36,561 nt of DNA from Bdellovibrionota bacterium FG-2. Its GTDB lineage: Bacteria > Bdellovibrionota > UBA1018. The DNA lies in NCBI GenBank assembly GCA_051382305.1, contig JBBCAV010000114.1, forward strand, positions 1-36,561, given 5' to 3'. Each line of letters opens with the position of its first letter. Position 1 is the first letter of the stretch. Positions 27,103 through 35,741 of the stretch are shown here, piece after piece. The notes beneath the pieces are model-generated. The model worked only from the letters and a program-made list of their open reading frames with translations, searched no databases and was not told where the DNA came from. The translations under genes were made by a program, and so were the position numbers.

Positions 27103-28106
27103 ATGAGTTGCCTTTCTCTGGGGATTAGGGCCAACCGGACCGATTGCCCCTTAAGTCCACTTGCTACGAAGGGACTTGGGTTTATGGACTTGAGTTTGGG
27201 TGGCTTGATGAGCCTCTTAACTGGAATTCGATGCGTATAACGGTAGAAGCGCTGACGCTCTAACCTATTCATAAGTTGCCGGGCACGCACTGGACCTTTC
27301 TTTAGAAATGCCGCTCGAATATATTTCCGCCTTCGCCTTGATTTGATGATGCGTTTCCATTTGTTTCGATGGAGCGCGAGAAACACACATGTTCGGTCCA
27401 AGACATCCAGGGCATCTAATCTGAACACATCTTTGAGCGACTTAACGCCGAACATCCTCAGAAGGTGATCCCGAGATTCTGCTGACTCGGCTCGTTGTCC
27501 GAGAAACTCTTCCGCCTTCCAATAGTATTTCATGCGCCCGCCCATAGCATTGGTGCATTTTCCTTCGGAATAACCACAATCGTACCCGTCGTCTTCATTT
27601 CTAGGTTTTCTAGGCCGTGCGTGCCTTCTGCTCAAGCGCACGTCAAAGCGAGGTATTGAAATAGGTCTATCAGTATCGACAAAATACTCCGCCATCCCGA
27701 TGTGATTGAGTTTGATACGAAAATGCACCTCAATCACGGCCTGAATACGATTCAATTCCGCAATTGAGAGGGGGTCGCTTCGCGTGGGGACAAATTGAAT
27801 AGCGATATCTCTTCGTCTGTCCGGAGGGCACTTGTCGATATATTCTTTCGATAGCCACCAATGAATAATCACCTTTTTGCAGTTTGGAAGCGCTCCATCA
27901 AAGAATACAAGGCACCGCTGAAATCGCCTGTCACCAGATTCCTTGAAAACTTTACGCTTCCTGAAGCCAAGCACCTTGGCTGGAAACAGTTCTTCAAGAT
28001 CGCGCCAACCAAATAGCCTGGTCTTACCACCGACATTTACTTTATCAGTGCCCATTAGAATTGCTCGAACTGCCCGAATTTTCATTGGGCTGATAATTAT
28101 GCCCAA
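27099..28106 (-). CDS. Basic protein, candidate Rep_trans/gII-like replication initiator
   Basis: 'IGMAEYFVD...MKYYWK...QRAES' loosely matches the 'R-D-A-D...YxK...R-E' pattern. Occupies the replication slot upstream of xis-int. Confidence 0.45.
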   Translation of the reverse strand: MGIIISPMKIRAVRAILMGTDKVNVGGKTRLFGWRDLEELFPAKVLGFRKRKVFKESGDRRFQRCLVFFDGALPNCKKVIIHWWLSKEYIDKCPPDRRRDIAIQFVPTRSDPLSIAELNRIQAVIEVHFRIKLNHIGMAEYFVDTDRPISIPRFDVRLSRRHARPRKPRNEDDGYDCGYSEGKCTNAMGGRMKYYWKAEEFLGQRAESAESRDHLLRMFGVKSLKDVFRLDALDVLDRTCVFLALHRNKWKRIIKSRRRRKYIRAAFLKKGPVRARQLMNRLERQRFYRYTHRIPVKRLIKPPKLKSINPSPFVASGLKGQSVRLALIPRERQLI

Positions 28107-28156
28107 CAGAGGCTTAAATCAAAGATTTGGACTTCCTAGTTTCTCAGATTTACTTC

Positions 28157-29338
28157 CTAAACTTCTCGATCTATCGGAATGTCGGTCGGATAAGCGTCTA
28201 AAAAACCATCAACTGAAGAACGTACTACTGTATTGATATAAAATCGTTTGCAGTCGGGGTTATAGCGGATCAATTGATAGCCCTGTGGTAAATGCACCTG
28301 CTTTCCAGACCGCTTCCCCGCATTCTCCCATATCGCATTTGCTACCTTAAAATTGATGGCGCTTCTTTTTTTTGAAAGGAACACCACAAATTTATAAATG
28401 CCTTTATAAGTTGTGTGGTTCCAGCAAAGAACGGCGTTATGTTCAGCCCACTTTTGAATGTTACTTGCAGAAACCTGGACAGATGCTTTTTTCCCGTCGC
28501 CACGTCTACTGTCTTCATAAATCAATTTAGCCAGCAGTGGTAAGACATTTGCCCCAATCTTTATAGGAGCAGCCTCACCACCTGATCTCTTCGTCACAAA
28601 TAGCTTCCGAGATTTACAATCTAGGTGGACACGATGGAAATCTGTAGTAGGTGGTTGTTTCTCGCGCTCTATTTGATCGAGGACAACTTCAGCCCACCGA
28701 AGACGCTGCTCTTCTCCTTTTGGCAGCTCATCAATATTTCCATGAAGATATTCAACATGGTCACCGCACCACTTCAGCAGGTGAACAATCGCATCGGCAC
28801 AACAGTGCTGCTTCCTAGCCTGAATGAATCTATACAAAACCTCTGAAGAGTCCCCAACTGGAACTAGGCGGCATAGAATTTGATCTATGCAGTCCTGAAA
28901 AGAAGAATCCTGAGTAATGGTAATAAAAATTAGAATTACTTCTAGAAGTATGGGCTGAACCCTCGCTTGAACGGTAAAATCAACCGCCGGGTAGTGAAGT
29001 CCCCAATCGTCTTCACTATCATCAGCTTCATCGGAATGTTCCGGCTCCCCAAACACTTTTCTGATATCAGAAAGATCGTTCCTCGAAAACACCTTGAGCA
29101 TGGCCTGAGTTTTAGAAGCTGGGACAAAATAGGCGACCAAGAAATGATTGAAGTTTTCAGATGAACTAGAACCAAGGAATTGATCATATACCTCCATGAT
29201 TGTCCCAACGTCAGATAACGTATGAGCTGGAGAGATAACCTGAAAAGTAGACCGCAATAGATCATGTTCTTTACGTGCAGACTCCTTGTGCTTACTCCAA
29301 TGCTCTTCAGTAAAGATAGGCTTCTTAGATTCATTCAT
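28157..29338 (-). CDS. Large hypothetical protein
   Basis: 393-aa ORF with an acidic N-half and a basic, possibly DNA-binding C-half. Confidence 0.65.
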   Translation of the reverse strand: MNESKKPIFTEEHWSKHKESARKEHDLLRSTFQVISPAHTLSDVGTIMEVYDQFLGSSSSENFNHFLVAYFVPASKTQAMLKVFSRNDLSDIRKVFGEPEHSDEADDSEDDWGLHYPAVDFTVQARVQPILLEVILIFITITQDSSFQDCIDQILCRLVPVGDSSEVLYRFIQARKQHCCADAIVHLLKWCGDHVEYLHGNIDELPKGEEQRLRWAEVVLDQIEREKQPPTTDFHRVHLDCKSRKLFVTKRSGGEAAPIKIGANVLPLLAKLIYEDSRRGDGKKASVQVSASNIQKWAEHNAVLCWNHTTYKGIYKFVVFLSKKRSAINFKVANAIWENAGKRSGKQVHLPQGYQLIRYNPDCKRFYINTVVRSSVDGFLDAYPTDIPIDREV

Positions 29339-29654
29339 ATTCTATAATCATAATATCAGAACAATCTCATTAACTAGAACAACTAAGATTCAAAGTTATG
29401 AAACATGCAAATGATACACATACTATATACTGTACTGGGAAACGCGGCGAAAGCATGCTTTGGGGGACCGCATTGTGGTCTCATTTGGTTTTGAAATTTT
29501 TATGCCTACTATTTGGGCCGAACGCCATACCTAGTTAAACATTTTATTGTTACACAACAAACATAGGCTTATAACCTATTACGCGCAACTCGCCATCTCG
29601 CCGACCACTGGCGCACCTACGCAGTGAAGCGCGAATAACCCCGGGGCAGGTTAA

Positions 29655-29867
29655 CTATTTTTCCATCATAGCCCTAAGTCCAGACGCCAAAGCCTCTAAG
29701 ATAACATCATTCTTGCGAATGATCTTTTCATCCTCTTTCACTCTCTTGTTTCTTATCCGGACAACCTTCTTCACCATCGCCATCAGATCCTCCTTGTTTT
29801 GAGCTTCAACTCGAAAGGCGAAGATTGGATAATCAGAAGGTTTTTTCTTCTTTATTGGAGTATTCAT
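29655..29867 (-). CDS. Small RHH-like DNA-binding protein
   Basis: 'IFAFRVEAQNKEDL...RKNDVILEALASGL' (strand-helix-helix); divergent from the resolvase. Confidence 0.55.
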   Translation of the reverse strand: MNTPIKKKKPSDYPIFAFRVEAQNKEDLMAMVKKVVRIRNKRVKEDEKIIRKNDVILEALASGLRAMMEK

Positions 29868-29910
29868 AAAGGCACCATAGCTCATCGTATCTTGTTAGAC
29901 AATTTATTGT

Positions 29911-29939
29911 TTGCAATATATAACATATCGAGTCATAAT
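29911..29939 (+). promoter_or_regulatory. sigma70-type promoter of the resolvase (likely leaderless)
   Basis: TTGCAA-17 bp-CATAAT-6 nt-ATG(29946); palindrome ACAAT-TT-ATTGT just upstream (29899-29910). Confidence 0.55.
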
Positions 29940-29945
29940 AAGGGT

Positions 29946-30554
29946 ATGAGTGACACCAACAACGACAAGGTTACCGCTCTGTATTGCAGAACTTCCACCG
30001 ACCGGCAAGGGACGGGGCTGGAAGCACAAGAGCGTGCCTTACTGGATTTCTGTAGAGCCAAGAGCATTGAGGACTATATTGTTTTCCGAGACGAAGGCAT
30101 AAGTGGGATTAAGTCTTCGCGGCCAAGTCTTGATAAAATGATGGCCCTTGTCCGAGAAGGAAAAATTTCCTCCGTTGTCGTGTATAGTTTTTCGCGGTTT
30201 GCCCGATCGACTCAGCATCTCCTGGAGGCTCTGGAGGAATTCAAATCGCATGGCGTCGCTTTTGCCAGCGTTTCTGAATCAGTAGACACTGGAACACCGA
30301 TGGGAAAAGCGGTCTTCACCATCCTTTCGGCTATTTCACAGCTTGAGCGCGAAATTCTAGTGGAACGCGTAAAGAACGGTTTGCATAATGCTAGGGCCAA
30401 AGGGAAACAGCTAGGCCGAAAGAAGACCCGCAACTCAAAACTCATTAAGGAACTTGCCAGTCAAGGGATGTGCTACCGAAGGATTGCGGAGCTAGCGAAC
30501 TGCGGTATCACCACGGTCCACCGCGAGCTGAGTGTTCCTAAATCAGCTGCTTAG
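29946..30554 (+). CDS. Small serine recombinase (resolvase/invertase), island A
   Basis: 'LYCRTST', 'DEGISG...RPSL', 'SFSRFARS', 'EREILVERVKNG...LGR', C-terminal HTH. Confidence 0.93.
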   Translation: MSDTNNDKVTALYCRTSTDRQGTGLEAQERALLDFCRAKSIEDYIVFRDEGISGIKSSRPSLDKMMALVREGKISSVVVYSFSRFARSTQHLLEALEEFKSHGVAFASVSESVDTGTPMGKAVFTILSAISQLEREILVERVKNGLHNARAKGKQLGRKKTRNSKLIKELASQGMCYRRIAELANCGITTVHRELSVPKSAA

Positions 30555-30593
30555 GGATTCAGGAACGTTCCGCAGACACTTGTTTTCGGAACG
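30534..30593. other. Putative res site of the island A resolvase
   Basis: GTTCCTAAATC...GATTCAGGAAC, followed by the 28-bp CGTTCCGCAGAC-actt-GTTTTCGGAACG (30566-30593). Confidence 0.55.
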
Positions 30594-31007
30594 CTATAGC
30601 CCGCGCCTATTCTCATCCAATTGCCCTCCCGTTTTTTCAAAAACACTCTCCACTATTTGAACTCAAAAAAGATGGAGCATACTGAGCGCTTTGACCGTTT
30701 TAGGTTTGGAAAAAGAGCGTTTTTCAACTTTTCTGCGCTAATAGGACGATTTGATCGTCTCCAAAGGAAGCTTTCTACCCCCAAAACGCTCGGAATCTTC
30801 TCTGAATTCGCACTGTCCTAATCATGAAACACACGTTGATTTACGAAGAAAAGCGGTTAATTTCTATTTTTAGAGGGCTGATTTAGCAACTGTGTTCTCG
30901 AATCACTCGTAACGTTATACAGGTGCCGTACAGGGGGGGTATAGGTACTGGATAGGTGCGCCTTAGCACGTGCTTACGTTTTTAGTGTTTTCGCGTTTAC
31001 TAAAACA

Positions 31008-31574
31008 CTATCGAGCGTTTGCTGGAACTCGCTGTGGATAGTTTTTTCTTATCCCTGCTAGTTTTGCATCGGACTTCTGTTGAGTATTCAAAATCCAAAG
31101 TTCCTCAAAACGCTTCATGTACGCCACAACCGCGTTTGCTTCTGGCATCAGCACGCAATTCTCACTGTTTGTGGCTAAGGCGTGGTTGGTCCAATTATAG
31201 CTCCCGCTAATTGCAGTTTTTCCATCAAGCACCACGAATTTGTTATGTTCGATTTTAAACTTACTGTGAACGCGAATGTTTAGTCCTGCGTCGGCAAGAG
31301 CCACAACTTTTGAAGACTTACCTGCGGCTTGAAGGCGATCAGTTAAGACACGAATGTTAACGCTTCTCCCATGCACTTCCTTCAGGGCTTGAACGATCCT
31401 AGAATTATTGATCGCATACACTGCTGCGATGACTTCATGTTTAGCGTTTTTGATTCCCTGGACCACCTGATTTTCACAATCAAGGCCAGGTGAGAAAAAC
31501 ACGTCGACTGCGTTGGAATGAATTGACCAAAGTAGAACCTGACAAACCATCAAGAAGCGAATTAGCTGTTTCAT
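31008..31574 (-). CDS. Secreted PLD-family (Nuc-like) nuclease/phospholipase
   Basis: Signal peptide; single HKD motif 'HNKFVVLDGK...SGSYNWT...NSEN'. Confidence 0.88.
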   Translation of the reverse strand: MKQLIRFLMVCQVLLWSIHSNAVDVFFSPGLDCENQVVQGIKNAKHEVIAAVYAINNSRIVQALKEVHGRSVNIRVLTDRLQAAGKSSKVVALADAGLNIRVHSKFKIEHNKFVVLDGKTAISGSYNWTNHALATNSENCVLMPEANAVVAYMKRFEELWILNTQQKSDAKLAGIRKNYPQRVPANAR

Positions 31575-31643
31575 AAATCATTTTCACCCCCGTCAATCTA
31601 ATGCCGGAATCCAGCAACTCACAGTACCGTGACCTTTTTCATG

Positions 31644-31862
31644 TTAAGGAAAATCGATACAGGAATCAATGTTGTCCGGTCGGCACCGGCTGAGTCGCTT
31701 TACCGTCATGCGAAGACCCCGAGTCGCTCCGTATTTCTGGATCGCTATGGATGCGTAATCGGAACATGACGGGTGAAACCGACAGCACAACCACCTGCTA
31801 AGAATCGGCGAAAATAGGCGCTTGTATACCCTGAGCATAACACAAAGTATCGCACGCATCAT
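31644..31862 (-). CDS. yidD: YidD-like membrane protein insertion efficiency factor
   Basis: 'YKRLFSP...[22 protein letters not shown]....RLSRCRP'; start taken at the ATG coupled to the upstream gene. Confidence 0.8.
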   Translation of the reverse strand: MMRAILCVMLRVYKRLFSPILSRWLCCRFHPSCSDYASIAIQKYGATRGLRMTVKRLSRCRPDNIDSCIDFP

Positions 31863-32308
31863 CGCACTGTGTGCTCCACTGTTTCCTTGCTGATTGCCTT
31901 TGAGCCGCACTTCGGGCAAATGGTCAAGTCGGGAACATGTCGGTTCGGGATGAGTATTGCGGGAAGGCACCCGGCGCAACACATCACGCTTTTCCCAACG
32001 TTGTGAAGTGCCGCACTCGCAGATTCTAGGTTTTTCACCATGCCATAGTGCCATATGTTTCCGCACGATGCGCACGTCCATCTCGTTTCCCTAATCTTTT
32101 TCGTTGACTCATGTTCATGTTGTATTGGATTTAATCTTGAAAGGTCGTCATAACAGGCCGGACAGACTCTGCTGTCACTTGGAACGAGCGCTTTACAAAA
32201 GGGACAGGCCATCGACCCCTTTGGGGGCGTCTGGGGTTCCCGATTGCAATGCTTGCAGACAATCGCCGCGTCCTGTATCTCCTCAGCGCAGTAGGGACAC
32301 TTCTTCAT
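31859..32308 (-). CDS. Multi-zinc-ribbon protein
   Basis: '[20 protein letters not shown]', 'CPFC...CPAC', 'CASC...CPKC'. Confidence 0.75.
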   Translation of the reverse strand: MKKCPYCAEEIQDAAIVCKHCNREPQTPPKGSMACPFCKALVPSDSRVCPACYDDLSRLNPIQHEHESTKKIRETRWTCASCGNIWHYGMVKNLESASAALHNVGKSVMCCAGCLPAILIPNRHVPDLTICPKCGSKAISKETVEHTVR

Positions 32309-32388
32309 CGCAACCTCCTATCTACCGTGTGGTTGTTTCTTACGGACGGATAAATTTGGCGTCACAATGGCATGCCGCTGTCCTCGTT

Positions 32389-32784
32389 TCACTCAATTCG
32401 GTCCTTCGCCTTGGCATCCTGTATAGTTTGCCATTGCATGTTAGATGGACTGTCACTGCCCCCCCGTTTCAGCGCCTTGACGTGATCCACAACGTAACCC
32501 TTCCTTCCCTGAGGATATCCTGAACTTTTCATAAATTGCTTCCTAGCGGCGGGATTGCGTTTGATTTTCCCATTGCTGTCACGCGAACATGTCGTGCAAG
32601 AATTTGAAGCGTGCTTACGGCCTTTCTTGGATTTGGCCGCAACACCACTTGGTCTCTTATAGTGACCAGAAGAAACCGATCTTGAAGATGAGTGGCTCCC
32701 TCTGGGATGGCCACCTCCGCTGCCCCGTGCGTCGCTTGTGATGGGCATTACCAAGAGGAGGAATCCAACCAGAATGATCTTCAT
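32389..32784 (-). CDS. Secreted small HNH-like protein
   Basis: Signal peptide, Ser/Gly/basic linker, 'YVVDHVKALKRGGSDSPSNMQWQT...AKDR'. Confidence 0.75.
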   Translation of the reverse strand: MKIILVGFLLLVMPITSDARGSGGGHPRGSHSSSRSVSSGHYKRPSGVAAKSKKGRKHASNSCTTCSRDSNGKIKRNPAARKQFMKSSGYPQGRKGYVVDHVKALKRGGSDSPSNMQWQTIQDAKAKDRIE

Positions 32785-32952
32785 ATTTTCCATAATTCTC
32801 GTTTTTTTCGGCATCGAGAGAACCCAAAATTTAACTTTCATAGTTTATCATCAGTCCTTTTTTTCATAAAGTTCGATTCTTGAGTCACTCTATTTTTCCT
32901 ATCTAAGACGCCACTAAATAAGGAGCAGAAAAACGCTCTTTCTTGTTTAAAA

Positions 32953-33570
32953 CTACTCATTACTCTCCTTCGTCACATAACCCAGACGAAATGTGCACGT
33001 CACGGCAACATCAGCCGACGTTTGCGTCTTCAGAAAATGAGCGTTTTTTCTCTTGCCCACTTCAGACACACAAGCCTCAAGCGCGACCGCCTTTTCTTTG
33101 TCTATTTCCTTGAGAACAGCAGCGATCCAGTCAGCACTGGTAGCGAGCCGGTTCCTGTAAGGCGCATCAACCCATTTCTTCATTTTCACATATTGAAGTG
33201 TGCCCCCTTGATACCATTTGCGTTGGTTCTCCGTCTCATTTGGCGTGTATTTCGGATGCGAAAGCTCTGAATTTTTTGGTCCTGCCTCTTCGGCGGGGGA
33301 GCGTATTTTCGCGGCTTGTTCAGCTATTTGAGAATTGACATTAGCGTCCACATGTTTTTGGGGCAATTGATTCAACACCAATAAAACAGTTAGGATTTCT
33401 AACCATCCTATTGAAATCAGGCGGATTACCGGATCGTAGCCAGGCTTTAAGGTAAACCAAGAAAACACATAAGGAAAAAATAGAATACCGAGTCCCAGAC
33501 CAAAGCCGACCTTCCGAATCATTGCTGGTTCTTTAGATTTCGCTTTTCCCTTGATGTCTTCAAGTCTCAT
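32953..33570 (-). CDS. Two-TM membrane protein with a C-terminal domain duplicated in 34143-34535
   Basis: Two hydrophobic segments; 'GGTLQ.VKMKKWV.APY.NRLATSADWI...KEIDKEKAV.LEACVSEVGK'; GGAGG SD before ATG 33570. Confidence 0.75.
   Translation of the reverse strand: MRLEDIKGKAKSKEPAMIRKVGFGLGLGILFFPYVFSWFTLKPGYDPVIRLISIGWLEILTVLLVLNQLPQKHVDANVNSQIAEQAAKIRSPAEEAGPKNSELSHPKYTPNETENQRKWYQGGTLQYVKMKKWVDAPYRNRLATSADWIAAVLKEIDKEKAVALEACVSEVGKRKNAHFLKTQTSADVAVTCTFRLGYVTKESNE
33056..33198. repeat. About 143-bp imperfect direct repeat (second copy at 34249-34391)
   Basis: Long identical blocks such as CCCACTTCAGACACACAAGCCTCAAG and GCACTGGTAGCGAGCCGGTTCC at offset 1193. Confidence 0.9.
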
Positions 33571-33590
33571 CGTCGATACCTCCGCAGCTC

Positions 33591-34052
33591 TCACGCCGCT
33601 GTCTTGAGAAGTTGTGTTTTCATTTTCTTAAACTCGTCCTCATTGATCGCTCCTGCATCCAAAAGCTTCTTGAGATTCACAATTTCGTCAACTACCGAAG
33701 GTGATTGCGTGTTTGCGGTTGGTCGATTTCCGGAAACTCGTTCCTGGATGAATTCTTTTGCCCGTTTTACTTCATCGTTTGCCTGCCTGGTGAAAATAAA
33801 CGTATTTTCATCCTTGACCGCAGCGAAGATCCCTCCTCTGGATTCGTTGCCGCCAGGGATAGTGAACTGCAAGTACCCATTAAATATGCCCGCCTCTTTG
33901 AATTGAACCGCTGTAATCGAAGAAAACATTATCTCCTTTGTTCCCTTAAGCCCTTTGTTGAGGAAACCAAGAACTCCTCTTGGTCGAATCGTGAAGCGGT
34001 CTTCGAATATTTCCAGCTCGTCCTGAACCCCTTTTATAATTATAGAGTTCAT
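33591..34052 (-). CDS. DUF4429-like (PH-fold) + SHOCT protein
   Basis: 'KEIMFSSITAVQFKEAG..NGYLQF...DENT' and SHOCT 'DEIVNLKKLLDAGAINEDEFKKMK'. Confidence 0.85.
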   Translation of the reverse strand: MNSIIIKGVQDELEIFEDRFTIRPRGVLGFLNKGLKGTKEIMFSSITAVQFKEAGIFNGYLQFTIPGGNESRGGIFAAVKDENTFIFTRQANDEVKRAKEFIQERVSGNRPTANTQSPSVVDEIVNLKKLLDAGAINEDEFKKMKTQLLKTAA

Positions 34053-34142
34053 GTTCCCCCCTTTTTTAGCCGCATTGATTCTAGTATGAAGATTCCGAAA
34101 AGTGTTGAGTCACGGCAACAAGCGGCTATCCCTCGGCTAAAG

Positions 34143-34535
34143 TTACTGCTCATCGCTCTCTCCTTTCGCATAGCCCATAAAAACTGCACACGAAAAGGCC
34201 ACACCCATTGTCGTTTGCGCATTTAAGAAACTGGATTTCTTTCCCTTACCCACTTCAGACACACAAGCCTCAAGTTCGACCGCCTTTTCTTTGTCTATTT
34301 CCTTAAGCAGGACAAGAATCCAGTCGGCACTGGTAGCGAGCCGGTTCCAGTAGGGGGCTTTGACCCATTTCTTCATTTTCACATCTTGAAGAGTTCCGCC
34401 TAGGTTCCAATTTTTCGGTGGATCTTGAGCAAGCTTCAAATGCCTAAGACCAGACTCTGTGGCGAATGCCCCAATCTCCAAGATAACTGCTATGCCTACT
34501 GCGCAGACGAAGAGAAGTGGATTCATGTTTTTCAT
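34143..34535 (-). CDS. Secreted protein, paralog of the C-terminal domain of 32953-33570
   Basis: Signal peptide plus the duplicated two-Cys domain. Confidence 0.75.
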   Translation of the reverse strand: MKNMNPLLFVCAVGIAVILEIGAFATESGLRHLKLAQDPPKNWNLGGTLQDVKMKKWVKAPYWNRLATSADWILVLLKEIDKEKAVELEACVSEVGKGKKSSFLNAQTTMGVAFSCAVFMGYAKGESDEQ

Positions 34536-34545
34536 AACGCTCTCC

Positions 34546-34899
34546 CTATTCTGAAATCCGTTTCTTAAGTCGTTTCGCTTCGATCATGAAAATTCCGCTG
34601 AAGGCGGGGTCATCCTGGATCTCAAAAAGCTCGGACAAGCTAAGATCCTTTCCTTCGATTCGACTTTTCTCTCCGGTCAAAATCCATTCAAAGTCTGCCT
34701 TGAGCGCTCTGCAAAGGCGCTGAACCGCGATTGAATCTGAGGGCTGGGTTCCGCCAAGCCAATCATTTAGGGTGGCCGGGGTGACGCCCGCAAGCTCAGC
34801 GGCGACTTTTTGGCTAACGCCTCGTTCTGCAAGAACCGCCTTTAGGTTTTTGGCAAATGGGCTGTGAGCTTTTGTGCGAATGGGTTTGCGTGGTTTCAC
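34546..34899 (-). CDS. XRE-family HTH regulator (island A copy)
   Basis: 'NLKAVLAERGVSQKVAAELAGVTPATLNDWLGG'; C-terminal 'DPAFSGIFMIEAKRLK' identical to that of 15528-15908. Confidence 0.88.
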   Translation of the reverse strand: MKPRKPIRTKAHSPFAKNLKAVLAERGVSQKVAAELAGVTPATLNDWLGGTQPSDSIAVQRLCRALKADFEWILTGEKSRIEGKDLSLSELFEIQDDPAFSGIFMIEAKRLKKRISE

Positions 34900-35050
34900 A
34901 GCAATCCCTTCGACGCTTTTGGGTTAAGGCAAGACTTTAATCCGACATGCCAAATCGATTCGGAATATCGGATTATGAGAAGTCCAATTACCTTGCCGAT
35001 CGTGACCATATCTCTATTTTAGGTTATTTGACCGTGCGTGTCAATTAGAT

Positions 35051-35094
35051 TGTAAAACAGGTTGTTTAACATTATGTTTATGTTATGTTTTACA
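35051..35094. promoter_or_regulatory. Inverted repeat/operator upstream of the RHH gene
   Basis: TGTAAAACA (35051-35059) ... TGTTTTACA (35086-35094), with repeated TATGTT. Confidence 0.5.
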
Positions 35095-35095
35095 T

Positions 35096-35287
35096 ATGCC
35101 TAAATCTTTCAAAGAAGCTCTTTTAAAGAGAACCCAAAAAGCACAAAAGAAAATTGTTGCGGTTCGGATGCCCGCTGACATTGAAGAAGAACTTGTCTTG
35201 ATCGCAAAGAAATCCGGCAAGACTGTGAGTCAGGTTATTATTGAGGCGCTACGACTCGCTTTAGGAATAAAGGGAAATAGCGATTGA
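35096..35287 (+). CDS. CopG/RHH DNA-binding protein
   Basis: 'IVAVRMPADIEEELVLIAKKSGKTVSQVIIEALR'. Confidence 0.8.
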   Translation: MPKSFKEALLKRTQKAQKKIVAVRMPADIEEELVLIAKKSGKTVSQVIIEALRLALGIKGNSD

Positions 35288-35597
35288 GAAGCAATCGCAC
35301 TCCAGGCGGAAAAAACAAAGCAAATCCGCCAAAAAAGAGTAACGAACGCTTCGCTACAAATCGAGTTTCTCATCCTACACTCATTCTGTTGTTGCCTTGC
35401 CGTCTCCGTTGTTACCGCCTTGTTGTAATCGCCCCACCAACAACGACGCTCACAACAAATGCCCACAAGTGCCATTATTTTGCGTGATTTATTGTGATTT
35501 CAGGAATGGCAGCTAAGACAGCTACGTCTTCGTTAAGGTTTTGTTTTTGTTTGATTTGTTTTGGTTTTCAGCACCATTGCCGAGAACCTGTTTTCAA

Positions 35598-35688
<91 letters not shown>

Positions 35689-35741
35689 TACTTAGGCCCG
35701 TATTTTGTTTACATTACACAAGAAAAGCCCGGATACCAGCG

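Noticed and set aside
30983-31010. TAGTGTTTT/AAAACACTA hairpin as terminator
   Set aside because: AT-rich stem with no U-tract on the strand of the upstream gene; function unsupported.
31863-32081. N-terminal extension of the YidD ORF (145-aa call)
   Set aside because: Overlaps the Zn-ribbon gene; YidD similarity starts at the coupled ATG 31862/31859.
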